From the NCBI GenBank assembly GCA_964234715.1, contig OZ174284.1: a DNA stretch of 64,000 bases, one strand, 5' to 3'. Made by a program: the position numbers and the translations under genes. This DNA is from Podarcis melisellensis. Its lineage: Eukaryota. Positions 36,700 to 48,500 of this stretch are shown here, piece after piece. Within the stretch, counting starts at the first letter, position 1. Every line of letters begins with the position of its first letter. The notes under the pieces were generated by a model, which had not been told where the DNA came from, did not search any database, and saw only the letters and a list, made by a program, of their open reading frames with translations.

Positions 36700-37633
36700 T
36701 AGTTCCCTTTCTCAGTTATTGTATGGCATTCCAATTTGGTTACAAGCATTTAATAGAGAAGTTGAACAAATTCAAGTGACTTTTCTTCTTAAGATCCATG
36801 GTGACCCTAAATGCATAAGTTACGTAACCCTATGTGTTAAAACCAGTCAACATCTGATGGAAACCAATGCATGGCTCACTACAACCAAGGCATGGCTGAA
36901 AGTCCACTTTAGAACAACATCTAACTCCTTCTTAAGCTCAATGCATAAACACCTGGATCGTATAGAGCAATTCAAGATAAAATCCGTAGTTTGGGCATTG
37001 CTCTTGAGAGCCTAAAGCATGTGACAAAAGTTACATATGAAAAGACAGCACTTGTTACCTCATACTCCTAGATCCTGTTCTCTGGAGGCCTTAGGTATTA
37101 CAACACCCTACAGAACCTGTGCCAAATATCTAAAGGATCTACTACTCCCTTCCCATCGAAGAGCCTTTATGCTCGCGAGATTAAATGCCTTCCCCTCTGT
37201 AGTGACCAAAGGTAGATTCTCACATGCCCCATATCAAGCCCATTTGTGTGCCTGCAACCAAGAAGTACCTGATTCACTGGACCACATTCTCTTAGATTGC
37301 TCTCTACACAGTAGACCTTGCCAACTGATGCTGAACAAAATGTTGGACCTCCGGCCTGTAACTCTGAGAAGTCGTCAAATGAGGTTTCTCATGACAGATC
37401 AGGACAAAGATATTCCTGCTTTAGTAGCTTCCTTTTTAGCTACAATTTTACCTGAAAAGGTTCCCAATGAACCATCCTTTCAGGGAACAGACAGGGCGAA
37501 GCAGAATATCTAAGTGCACACGATCACAGTGTGACCTTATGACCCTCAACAGATTCACCCTTGTCCTTTTAATTATCCCAGTGACCTGAAATGTTTTAGA
37601 TTGTGATGCCAATAAGGTCTTTGATTTGATTTG
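36700..37633 (+). mobile_element. 5'-truncated non-LTR retrotransposon, probably RTE-X clade
   Basis: Broken ORF QLLYGIPIW..RRAFMLARLNAFPS..GRF..LCAC..DSLDHILLDC (C-terminal Cys/His knuckle); ends ATGCCAATAAGGTCTTTGATTTGATTTGA tandem tail. Confidence 0.75.
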
Positions 37634-37979
37634 AAAAATAACTTAATGGGATCCAAAATGGCCACAATATGATCAGAAACACTTCTGTTGACCCCAGGTT
37701 CTTTCCCCCTGCTCCTCAGCCCCTTGTACACTACCCCATGGCTTTCTAATGTGTTTCCCAATCCTCAGGATTAGCTTCCAGGGGGAAAGGAGGGGCTGCA
37801 GTGAGATGGGGTGTGTGTGTTGAAAAGCCCCATCATAAGCAGAATGTTGCCATGGAGCTCAGGATCCAAGTTTTTGTGTTTATGCAGGTAACCACACCTA
37901 TCAATAGTCTATGGATTTGTATGCAATAAAGTAACTAGGGTTTAATCTAGGGCTCAGCTGATGGGACTAAACCTGCTCC

Positions 37980-38215
37980 TTCATTCATGGTGGAGAGAGT
38001 TATCAATGGATACGTCCCATGATGGTTATGTTCTGCCGCCACAGTCAGAGGCAGAAATGCTTCTGAATACCAATTATTCGAAATAACAGTATGGGAGAGT
38101 GCAGCAATGCTCTAATTCTGCATGCACGTTTTCCACAGGCATTAGGTCAGCCACCGTGAGATCAAGATGCTGGACTAGATGGGCCATTGGTCTGACCCAG
38201 AAGGCTTTTCATTAA
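37980..38215 (+). mobile_element. Old CR1-type 3' end
   Basis: GATGCTGGACTAGATGGGCCATTGGTCTGACCCAG terminal motif. Confidence 0.6.
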
Positions 38216-40568
38216 CATCTGCAGGCAGCCCTGTTTAGGGAAATTTTTAATGGTTGGCATTTTATTGAGCTCTTAATACTTTGTTGGGAGCCGTTAAGAG
38301 TGGCTGGGGCAACCTAGTCAGATGGGAAGCATATAAATATTATTATTAGTTATTAATTTCCCTATGTCATCAAGGCCAGGTGGCAAATTTCAGCCCATTT
38401 GAATGCTGCAGCCTTTTGCTTTCTCAGATAAAAGGCTGCTATTCACTCCTATGAGAAAAAAGCAAAACACTGCATTCTATTGGAAAGAAACCAAAGTACC
38501 ATTCTAAACTATGCTGAAAGTTCAGCTTCAGAAACTTGGCCATTAAATAAAACAAAGGCTCTGCTTCTAATATGTTCCTTCATTGATTCTTATCAGCGTG
38601 ACTGAGAGGAATGGCCATTTGAAAAGATAATGAATTATCTCCTTTCATTCTCTATCAGTACAGGAGCTGTCACATATTCAGACTCAGGCTTAATTTCCAC
38701 CTTGCCTAGCTTTATTCTCCAGACACTTTAGGGAAGCTAAAAAGCATGAGAGTTCTGTAATCCTGATACGTAGAAACTTCAGCCAGAATTACTAGATAAC
38801 TTATCAAGTCCGTTGTTAAAGAGCACCCAACTTTAAATACACACACAAAATACAAATATGAGGATTTGACAAGCTTTATTTATAATATCTCAACACATGA
38901 TGGCAGTAGTACTCTTTAAAATGGTGATACCAATGCAAGTAAATTATCAACATTCTAAGAACCTGATATTATTTGCAAAGGTTTTTTTAAAAAACAAACA
39001 AGCCAGAGGTTGGCTAAATTTCTGAGTATTTGCTGTCTTAGTTGCTAGTAAAAAAAGATCAACAGTTGTTGACAGAAACCACATGGATAGGAAAAGGAGA
39101 GGTCTAAAGATAGATGCATGTGTCTCCTATCATTTCTACTGCACATATGCGTGCAAGTATGGCTTTGACTTTAATCTGCACCCAGTATTAAGAAGAACAA
39201 CTCTTACAACTGAGGCAATAAACCTTTTGGGCTGAAGGCTGCATTGATTCATGGTCAACCCCCCCCCCCCAGCGACTGCATGCCAAAGTGCAGGTCGCCA
39301 AAATGTAAACGAATGTGTTGATTTTTTCTTTTCTAAAGAAAACTCCGAGGGTTTCCATGCTTTTTATAGTTGGGTGACTATGGGATCAATCAGTTAATAT
39401 GTATTAATATAGACATTAAAGTATTGTTTTAAAATGTACCAGGACTGGCTGAGAATTGAAACGGAATCCAAAGAAGCCATAAGTACATGGCAAATTGTGG
39501 GAGGCAGGTCTTAGTAGACTACAACTCTTGGGAACCAGTTGTAGATCATGGGCCATGGATTAGACATCCCTGTCTCACAACAAATAGATCGCAACACTTG
39601 TGATATCTCAATTGAATATTAACAAATATTTGCCCTTGAAACGAAGCCCCTATTTTGACCATTTTTAAGGGAGTAATGAAAGGGCTGCAGAGAATAAATG
39701 CTGGTCCTATGAGCAAATAACTATATAGACTCACCCTCTAGTCTCAATGGTCTTGGCAACCAGGCCAATGCCTTTGCTCCTGCATAAAATTTTGTTGCAC
39801 TGTGATGTAGCAATGAAAGTAGAGCAGCAGAATGGGAAGCACTGGCTGGCTAGGCATTGGAGTGAACATCTGAGTACACATTGGAATACATGTAAGAATG
39901 CCCCTTTAAGCAAAAATCGCATTGCTCTCAAATGAATGTTATTTATTTATTCAACAGAAGATTTATTGCTTATAGCTATAGACCATTGCATATAATACAA
40001 ATAAAAAAAGGAAATGCCTAAAGTACAGACAGTCAAAGTGCGAGTCTGCAATAAATCACACCATTCAGAGTTGGAGTTAACACTTTATTAGCAAAAACAC
40101 AACCTTCACAGACTTGGCTGAGTGTCAGGCCTAATGAGCACAGCAGCTCATCCCTGGTAGTTTTATGCCATGAATCAGTTGCCAAGAAAAAGTCCCAACC
40201 TCCCTGCAGCCTTCTAAGTCTCTCCTCTCCAGAGCTTTCCCCAAGCAATCAGGGACTAAGCCTATGTGCAGCCTTTCGCTGTTCCGTCCATTTCAGCCCA
40301 ATTCTGGTTCTGGGAAGCAGGGAGGGAGGGGAGCTTGTGGCAGCATGAGATGGAGCAAACTGCCACACTCAGAGCTTTGGGAAGGTCAGTTGCTTCAGTA
40401 AGTCCAAGCCATCTATCTGCTCTGACCCTGACTAATTGCTACATTCCTTCTGTCTGCCATGTAATCTCCGTCTATTGGAGCCGGTCACAGCCAGGACAGG
40501 ACAATTCTAATTTAAGCAGGAGAACTGACCACTGTAGGCACTGCTCTGTTTTAGGGACAGTATCTTCT

Positions 40569-41378
40569 TCTTTTTTAAAAGTATTTTAATTAAAGATTTT
40601 CTTGGTTTACAAAAGTATGTGCAATGTCTCTCTCTCTCTCCCCCCCCGTAACATTTTTTTACAGATCAGTTTTATTTGTTGAGACATTAGGAAGAAAAGG
40701 GGGGAAGAGGTGGGGGGTGGGTGGCGATGTTTCTATTTTACTTAATGTATGTGGGGTTTTGTGTCAGCATCGCTTGTGCAGGTTCTCTGCTGTTCACTTG
40801 TGTTCCTTTGGTGGTGAGAGAGGTTGGGGTTGGCCTAGGGTGTGGTTGTTTGTTTGTGATTGGCTGTGGTGGTCTTTGTTTTCATGTGTGAGTGGGGTGG
40901 GTAGGTGTTCTGGATCAGGTTAGCCATATTGATTTGTATGCTGTTGGTGGATTTTTGTCATTGTCGTGCTGGGCTGTGTATGTGATAAAGGGGAGCCATA
41001 CAAGGGTAAAGGTGTCTTCTTCTATTTGTCTCCGTGTCAGTTTCAGTTTATTGTTTAATTTTTCTAGTAAGGCTGTTTCCCATACTATTTGGTACCATTT
41101 GTCCATGCTTACTCCTGACAGGTCCTTCCAGTGTCTGGTTATGTTTCTGGCGCTGAAAGTAGGTGGGTTATGAGTTCTTTGTGATGTAAATGGGCAGGAA
41201 CCTCACCAAAATGCTGGAGAGGGTGCACCTCCACAGGCACATACCTCCACAGGTGGTGCGAGTGCCCCAAAATCCAACTATTCTGGACAACAGCCATACG
41301 AGAAATATGTAAAATAACTAAGCAAGTATTAGAAACCACCCCAGAACTGGCCCTACTAAACATCTTCCAAGACAATAA
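40569..41378 (-). mobile_element. L1-clade LINE with 5' inversion
   Basis: 14-bp TSD GGACAGTATCTTCT (40555-40568, 41379-41392). Minus-strand ORF2 end and 3' UTR to about 41195; plus-strand CWRGC..H.WCECP knuckle 41195-41378. Confidence 0.92.
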
Positions 41379-41857
41379 GGACAGTATCTTCTAAACTGTC
41401 ATAGACACTTGAAGTAAGTATTAGGTAGTGTGATGCTAGAGAGGAAAGCATATATGTAGAAGGTAAATACTGACCAAATGTTGGGGACAGAGTTTCTTAG
41501 GAAGGAATGCTTCATATTTGAATGTTTTCTCCCCTTTGGTGTATTAAAATATATGAACAGAAACATTCTGTAAAGTTTCTACAATACACTTGGTATTGCT
41601 CTGCACTTATTTCCATGGTGTCAGGAACTATTGAAATATATCATTTCACAGAAGTCTTCTACTGTTGTTTGAGTTGGTTGGTGAGCTTAGTAGAGAAGAG
41701 AGGAATTTTATTTCTTCACTATTATCTAGCACAAAATTACTGCGAAGACAATACACAAACCTGGTGTACATTTTTTTACTTATAAGTCCTTATAAGGACG
41801 GTTTCCATGTTTCCTCTCTAGTACAAAGCAGTGTTCAACATTTTACAAGAGAGTATA

Positions 41858-41863
41858 TTTATT
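41858..41863 (-). terminator. EPYC: Candidate EPYC polyadenylation signal AATAAA
   Basis: AATAAA about 550 nt after the stop in an AT-rich, repeat-free 3' region; ATTAAA variants also occur near 42091 and 42240. Confidence 0.5.
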
Positions 41864-42415
41864 TTTAATATTAATGTTTTAGTAAAATAACCTGATCTGG
41901 CACCTAGCTGCCCTCTATAGCAAGTAGGACGCTAGCCTATATGGAGCTTTGGTTTCATCCAGACAGGACTTTTGTTACATTTTTATGAAAAAAATTATGG
42001 AAAAGCTTTACATATAGAATATGATTAAAAACAAGGTAGCATGGGTCATTTTCTATTTATATACAATTCTTATAGCTTTACTATTACAATTTTAATGTGG
42101 ATAAAATTATGAACCAAGTATCATTAATATTCAGTTTCTCTAATACTTATTCATTCCCTTCTCCTTTCATCATAGTTATCATGTCAGCTATTCTGCACTG
42201 ATTACAATGCACTGGTTACGATATGGAAGCATAGTATACTTTAATAGAGAATGAATTAGTATTCAGCACTGTGCGTTACTGACTGCAACTGTTTACTTAT
42301 TATTTTACACCAATACAACCATATTATACTGTCACAAGCTTTTAAAGCAGTTTGCTTTAGAAAGCATACTTGCAAAAGAAATTATGTTACATGACATTTT
42401 CGTTATGGCCTAAGC

Positions 42416-42586
42416 CTAAAAGAGGCTCCCAACAGGCAGACGGGGTAGACACATGTAAGCATGAGGGGTTTTGCTCAGATTAATGGGATTGCCATCTAGC
42501 CTGATGTCTTCGAGAGATTTGCGGATGTAAGAATAATCCTTCATTTTGCAGAAAGTATCTTCATGCATCTCTTGTATATTGTTGTT
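42416..42586 (-). CDS. EPYC: EPYC last coding exon
   Basis: TTTTAG|[59 protein letters not shown]; 171 nt. Confidence 0.97.
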   Translation of the reverse strand, partial: NNNIQEMHEDTFCKMKDYSYIRKSLEDIRLDGNPINLSKTPHAYMCLPRLPVGSLF

Positions 42587-45500
42587 CTAAAAAGAAAACA
42601 AAAGATTTATTAAAGCCAGTATTTAAATTCCAATTTAAATGTCAGTTTGTCAACAATAACCTAATAATTAGTAGTAGCGTGCACTGGATTTGGATAGATC
42701 CTGGGGCCAAGCAGGGTGCCTCAGAGGAATTTGGGGGTTTTTAGAGGTGAAGTGGGATATCAAAGAGGCACAAGTCAAAGCCCTAGGACTTTGTGATGAA
42801 GGTCAGATGAGAAACTGATGTTTTTATATATATATTTTTAAGATATGCTGTAAGCTGCCCAGAGTGACTGGGGAAACCCAGCCACATGGGCAAGGTACAA
42901 ATAATAAAATTATTATTTATTATTATTTTGTGACACCTTAGATATCTAGACATCAAATGCTGCAGACAAATATCTGCTGCAACCAGATATTGGTTTTATC
43001 CAATGCTCCATGTATGTGGTTCCACTGGTAAAATAGGACCTCCATTTTCTCTCCACCTCTTGCATATACCGGAATCTGCTCTGGGGGGGGGGTGTCCTCC
43101 CCGCCTCCAAGCTGATTTTGTTGGAAGGTCGGAGGGTGACAGGATGGGGAAAGGAAGCTATACTGCACACACTGATGTCTGTTGCGTCAGGAAAGCTGAA
43201 GCGCTGGATGTGGCCCAGTGTGTCTAACCTTACCCACTATGTTGGGAGGATGGGAAGAGGGAGAACATTAGTATTAGAGAGACCACAGAGGAGGAACTCT
43301 GTTGTGACTGACAGGTCTAGCTTGCTATCAGAGGACATGATTTTACCATTGTCCACAATCCCCGTGCTATGGGGGGTGGAGGGAAGCAGCTTTGCAAGAC
43401 CATATGTAAGCTGTGCCTGTGAGTACCTTTTGTCTTGAGCGAACTGTGTTGAGTGATTAGCATCATGGACTGATGAAGCTTGCTGAAAAACCTGGATAAT
43501 ATCCGGAGAACAGGTCTCATCTATTTGGCTTCAATTGATCATTTGGCTTTGCGTTTCCAGCTAACCACTTGAAGAACGCCTTCTGGCAACCGCTCCTACA
43601 TTTATTGCATTGTGCTTCCAGTGAACGACTATTTGTTCCAGCTGTGTTATGACATATTTATTGCATACATAACCAGTACAGCCAGTACAGGCTTGGTTAT
43701 GCACACTGCACTTTAGTTTGCCCATTGTCTAGTTGGTTTATGAGGGTATAAAATTGTTCTTTATATTCATAAGCCAGTTCTGGTGTTGTTGGTTTGTTGT
43801 TCAATTATTGTTATAACACCTGATACTTTTTGTGTATACATATGTAATTTATGTCTCCAAATTTAAGAAAAGCTCAAGGATGCGGAGGGGGAGAGAGAGC
43901 ACCTTTGTAACCAATGGGTCCAACTTCTAACAAAAGGAAATAATATTTAGTTCTTCCTAGCACGAAAGCCCCTGAGCCTATTTGTATGAAATTTGGCACA
44001 CTTCTTATCCAGTCAACACTATATCCAAAAGAATTTATTGATTGTTTTAGCCCACCTGCAGATGAAGAGACTGGAGGCTTTCAGGGAGTGGAAGTGGGAT
44101 ATGATCCAAGTTGTTATCAGTGATGTAAAGATGGTGCAAGTCAAACATATCCTGAAGAAAACAAACTATTATTATTATTTTTAAAAGAAGTGATTTCTTT
44201 GTTCTCGTTCTGAGCCATACATGAGTACAGACACTTAAATTCAGCCAATCATTTTAAACATCTGTACCAAGATTGATTCTTTTTAGAGATTCAATGAATG
44301 TCAAAGCTCCAGTTGTGTGGAACAATCGGCTTAGTGGTTTTATTTGCTTGTTTTCAAGTTTGCAAAGCCTGGCTACTTCAGGCCATAAGACTGAGCTTGA
44401 CCTCACTGCAGTTCTCTCTTTATTACTGCACAATTTCCCCATTGTTCTCTGAGCACGGAAGACAGAATCATACCATGCAGCCATACAACTGCCACCTTAC
44501 TCTGACAGTGACTTCATGCAAGGTGTTTTTTCCATTTGAGTATTAAAATTGAGCACAAAAATATGGCTTCTGTATCAGTTTGAGGGATTTTTGTATCAAA
44601 TTGAGGGATTTTTTTTTCAAATTAGTCAGCAGTTAAATACAGAACTCACTTTAAATGCTTCTTGTCTGATTCCTTTGCGACCAAGCCTGTTGTTACTAAT
44701 ATCAATGAATATCAAGGTTGGTGGTAATTCTGGAAGCTGCCTTATCTTGTTATCTCGAAGTATCAGTTCCTGAAGTTGTGGTAGTTTCCTGAAGGCATCT
44801 TCATCAATTTCAGATATAAAATTTGAAGTCAAGTCAATCCTTTTTAAGTTGCCTAGTCAGGGACACCAAAGCAGGGGAAATAATTACTGCCTTTCTGCCT
44901 GCTTTTAAAGACCAACACCAGGGGTGGGGGTGGGAAGGACAGACAATCACTATTCTTTGGATGCAAATAGTTCCAAATTATAGTTCACAATATGATGTTA
45001 TGTCCAGAAGATGTATGCTACTATGCACTTATCTTTCAGTATGAGAAAGTACTTTGCATAGCATGCAATAAAATAAAGTGTATTAAACAATAGTAAAGTC
45101 ATCCATACTTAGGTTAGCAAAGTCATCCCTGTTGACCCTTTTGATTCTGTTATAGCGAGAGTAGAAATGTGTGGTTTCCTTCGGCAAGGGAGGAAGATCT
45201 TCGAGTTCACGATCATCACAGTAGACAGAAGTACTTAGGCACATACACAGAAGACAAGTTGGGAGGCCTAAAACATGAAAGAAGAAACCATTCACTTAGC
45301 TATACACTTGTAAAAATTCACACAGAGCCATACCATCCTACAGAGCCACACGGTCTAACCATCTTGCTGAACCAGTTTATGGTTTTGTTTGAGATTTTGA
45401 AAAGCATTTGGCTCCTTTTATTCTAGTTGTTCTAGGCTTAGGCTCATGTGTAGGTATCTGAGTTCTCATGAATAACTTTCCTCTTAGTGTAGCAGAATAA

Positions 45501-48500
45501 TCACCAGTCATGCACTTTTGATAAAAGTTCCACATTTACACAATTTGTGGAGTAATGCATAGTGATATTTTTCAGATATTGGGAAACATTATATTGAATA
45601 TTTCATGCACTTTGTGTTACGCCATTCACAACTAGGTGCGCATGCAAAGATGTGTACAATATCAATGCTCCATTTTTTTGCCCTTAATATTTATTTTAAA
45701 AGTTACAAACCACACTTTTGTAAATTTACAATTAAATGAAACACACAAGAAGTTATTAAGTGGATTTATTATTGGAGGCAATGTGGCTGTTCAAAACCAA
45801 CAGCTTTCAAAGACTCAGTGTAGTCAAATTAAGTGGATTCCCTTGTATATTAGTCTGGATATGAAAATTGCTGCTTGAATAATCCTAGTGATTCACTACA
45901 TCTGTAATGTTTTATAGGAAATACTCTTATGAATAATGGAGCATTTTGTCCCTACTAGATTTCTCAAGTCATAGTCAGGAAGATATCTTCATTTTATATT
46001 CTACCTCCAGGATCTGTGTCTTCCCTTTAAAACTTAATAAACCTGCATACATTTAGTTTGGTATCCAGCATGCTTTTTTGATATTTGAGGAAATTGGTCC
46101 CCCCCAATGAGACCTCAATTTCCTTAGAATTGTTTTTAATTAGCATCTTTCATGCAGAACAATGACATCAGGAAAGGCTTCAACCAACCCTTGAGGAAAA
46201 ACTGCTTGAAAGCTGTAGATTATTAAATAAAACATCAAACTACTGCTGAATGAACATAAGAAAATGATCTAAAGCATTTAAACCAATTTATGAAAGGGCT
46301 TCATTAACAGGTGTGTGGATGTAATTGGGAAGAGCTCTGCATTTCCCTATTGCCTTCTGAAAAAGGAGGTGGGATTGAGAAACATCACAAATATTTATAG
46401 AAAATAGAACATAATGGTGCAAAATGACGCCATTTTATATGTCTAATGCTGTTAATGTGGGTGTTTAGAATAGACTGGGAAGCAATATTTAACATTACTG
46501 GTTAATGTTACTGGATTCTTTTTAGTGGGATTTGGAGTGTTTTCCAGAAGTAAGGAATTCAGGGCCTCCCACCTCCCATGTTGCTCAAGACCTAAAGCCC
46601 CATTTACTCCACTGCCCTTGCTTCTGCTCGTCTCTTTTCTCTTGCTGTTCCTGAGCAGTTACTGGTCGCCCCTGAACCTGTGGTCAAGGAGGTTATGTAG
46701 GCGGGGACCAATAAGGTCATGTGAGTGGGACTAAGGAGGTTACATGGAAAGGACCAAATTGTTCTGGGGCTGAAACCAGACTAGAATCTGTTTCTTACAG
46801 GTCTAAAAGGTAAAGGGACCCCTGACTGTTAGGTCCAGTCGTGGCCAACTCTGGGGTTGCAGCACTCATCTCGCTTTATTGGCCAAGGAAGCCGGCATAC
46901 AGCTTCCGGGTCATGTGGCCAGCATGACTAAGCTGCTTCTGGCGAACTAGAGCAGCACATGGAAACACCGTTTACCTTCCCGCCGGAGCGGTATCTATTT
47001 ATCTACTTGCACTTGTATGTGCTTTCGAACTGATAGATTGGCAGGAGCAGGGACAGAGCAACGGAGCTCACCCCGTCCCTGCAGCTATTTAGCCACCACA
47101 CTCTCAACCACATTGCCCAGGGAGGAAGTACTAGTATAATTATACTAATTAACCTAAAATTTAGTGACATTACTTTAATTAACATACAACCAAGCTTTAA
47201 GGCTTGTTTGACTTATAGGAGGGATCAATGTTGTGTTCTGGGGAGGAGGCTTTAGTTATTTCCTTTTCTTTAGCAACTGACATCTCACTGCTTGGCTCAA
47301 CTCAGCTCAGCTTCTACCATAACAGGCAGAATAACACAAAATCAGCAATTTGCTTTTCAAAACTGGAAGAAAACAGATTAGATTGCCCAATTTATCTGTC
47401 ACTCTTGAACTCACACTCACTAGACAATTTAAGAAGTCTAGATGGTAAGGAGACAAGTCTGCATACTGCAAACCTGTATAGAAAACTGCATTACATATTC
47501 CCTGATGAAAAGGCTCCTTAGCTTGTGTGGAATTATAGGCCCATATCTAGACAAAGCAGAAAGCCAAAATCATGTCCCTCAACTCTCTCTTACAAACCTT
47601 CATGTGTATGGGGACCAAGAACTCCTGGTCCATGAGGTGAAGAGCCATCAATAAGCTTAGGTGTGGATGCTTCTTCTTCGGGTTCTTCTGGCAGTGGAGA
47701 AGGTAAATAAATCTCTCGAGTTACAGATGGTACTACTGTTCCAATCTCTACCTAGGAGACACACACATATTAAAGCAGTAATGTGGTATCGGTATGCAAT
47801 GTCGATTTTTATTATAATTTGCTGTATATTCAAGTTACCTGGACTTATATTAAAGGCCTGGGAGTTTCTGGTGAGGTTGGAGCAAGAATGTGTCAGTAAG
47901 AAAGCATTACGCACTAAATGCAGGCAGAATGTCTGATGGGAAGACTTTTTCTGCTAGCTCAGAGGAAATGTGAAATATCCATATTGTTATGTAGTGAAGT
48001 TCCCCCTGGGCCAGCAGGGGGATACTGTAGATAGTTTTCACTCAGGTCTGTAGATAGTTTTCACTCAGGTCCACGTCAGTTATTTTAGGCGGGAAACTCT
48101 GGGTTGTTGTTGCTACAGTGTTGACAGACAGACGGCTGCCTATAAAAGCAGGCCGGCTGAGCTGTTTGCTGTTCAGTTTGCTGTTCCAGCTTACAAAATA
48201 AAGAGCTGCTTATGGAGACATCGCTGTGTCGTCTGCCATGTCTACTCACTATTCTACACATATCACATACAAATTAGTACTTTTTACAGCAGGATCTATC
48301 ATTCACCATCTTGCTGCTGTAACCAACCACTCTAGGTTCACATACTTAAAAACCAATGTATCTTTGCAATCCAAATTGGCAGATAACCTGCAATTTTCAT
48401 GAAACTTGACACCTTAAGATATTGGGCAGAGGCCACCCTACAAGATTAAATGTGTGGTTTCTGACAAAAGCATCCCAGTTTGTATACCTACATTTTTGGG

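Noticed and set aside
36668-37513. 158-aa Cys/His ORF upstream of CCER1 as a zinc-finger gene
   Set aside because: C-terminus of a broken non-LTR retrotransposon ORF with a tandem-repeat tail.
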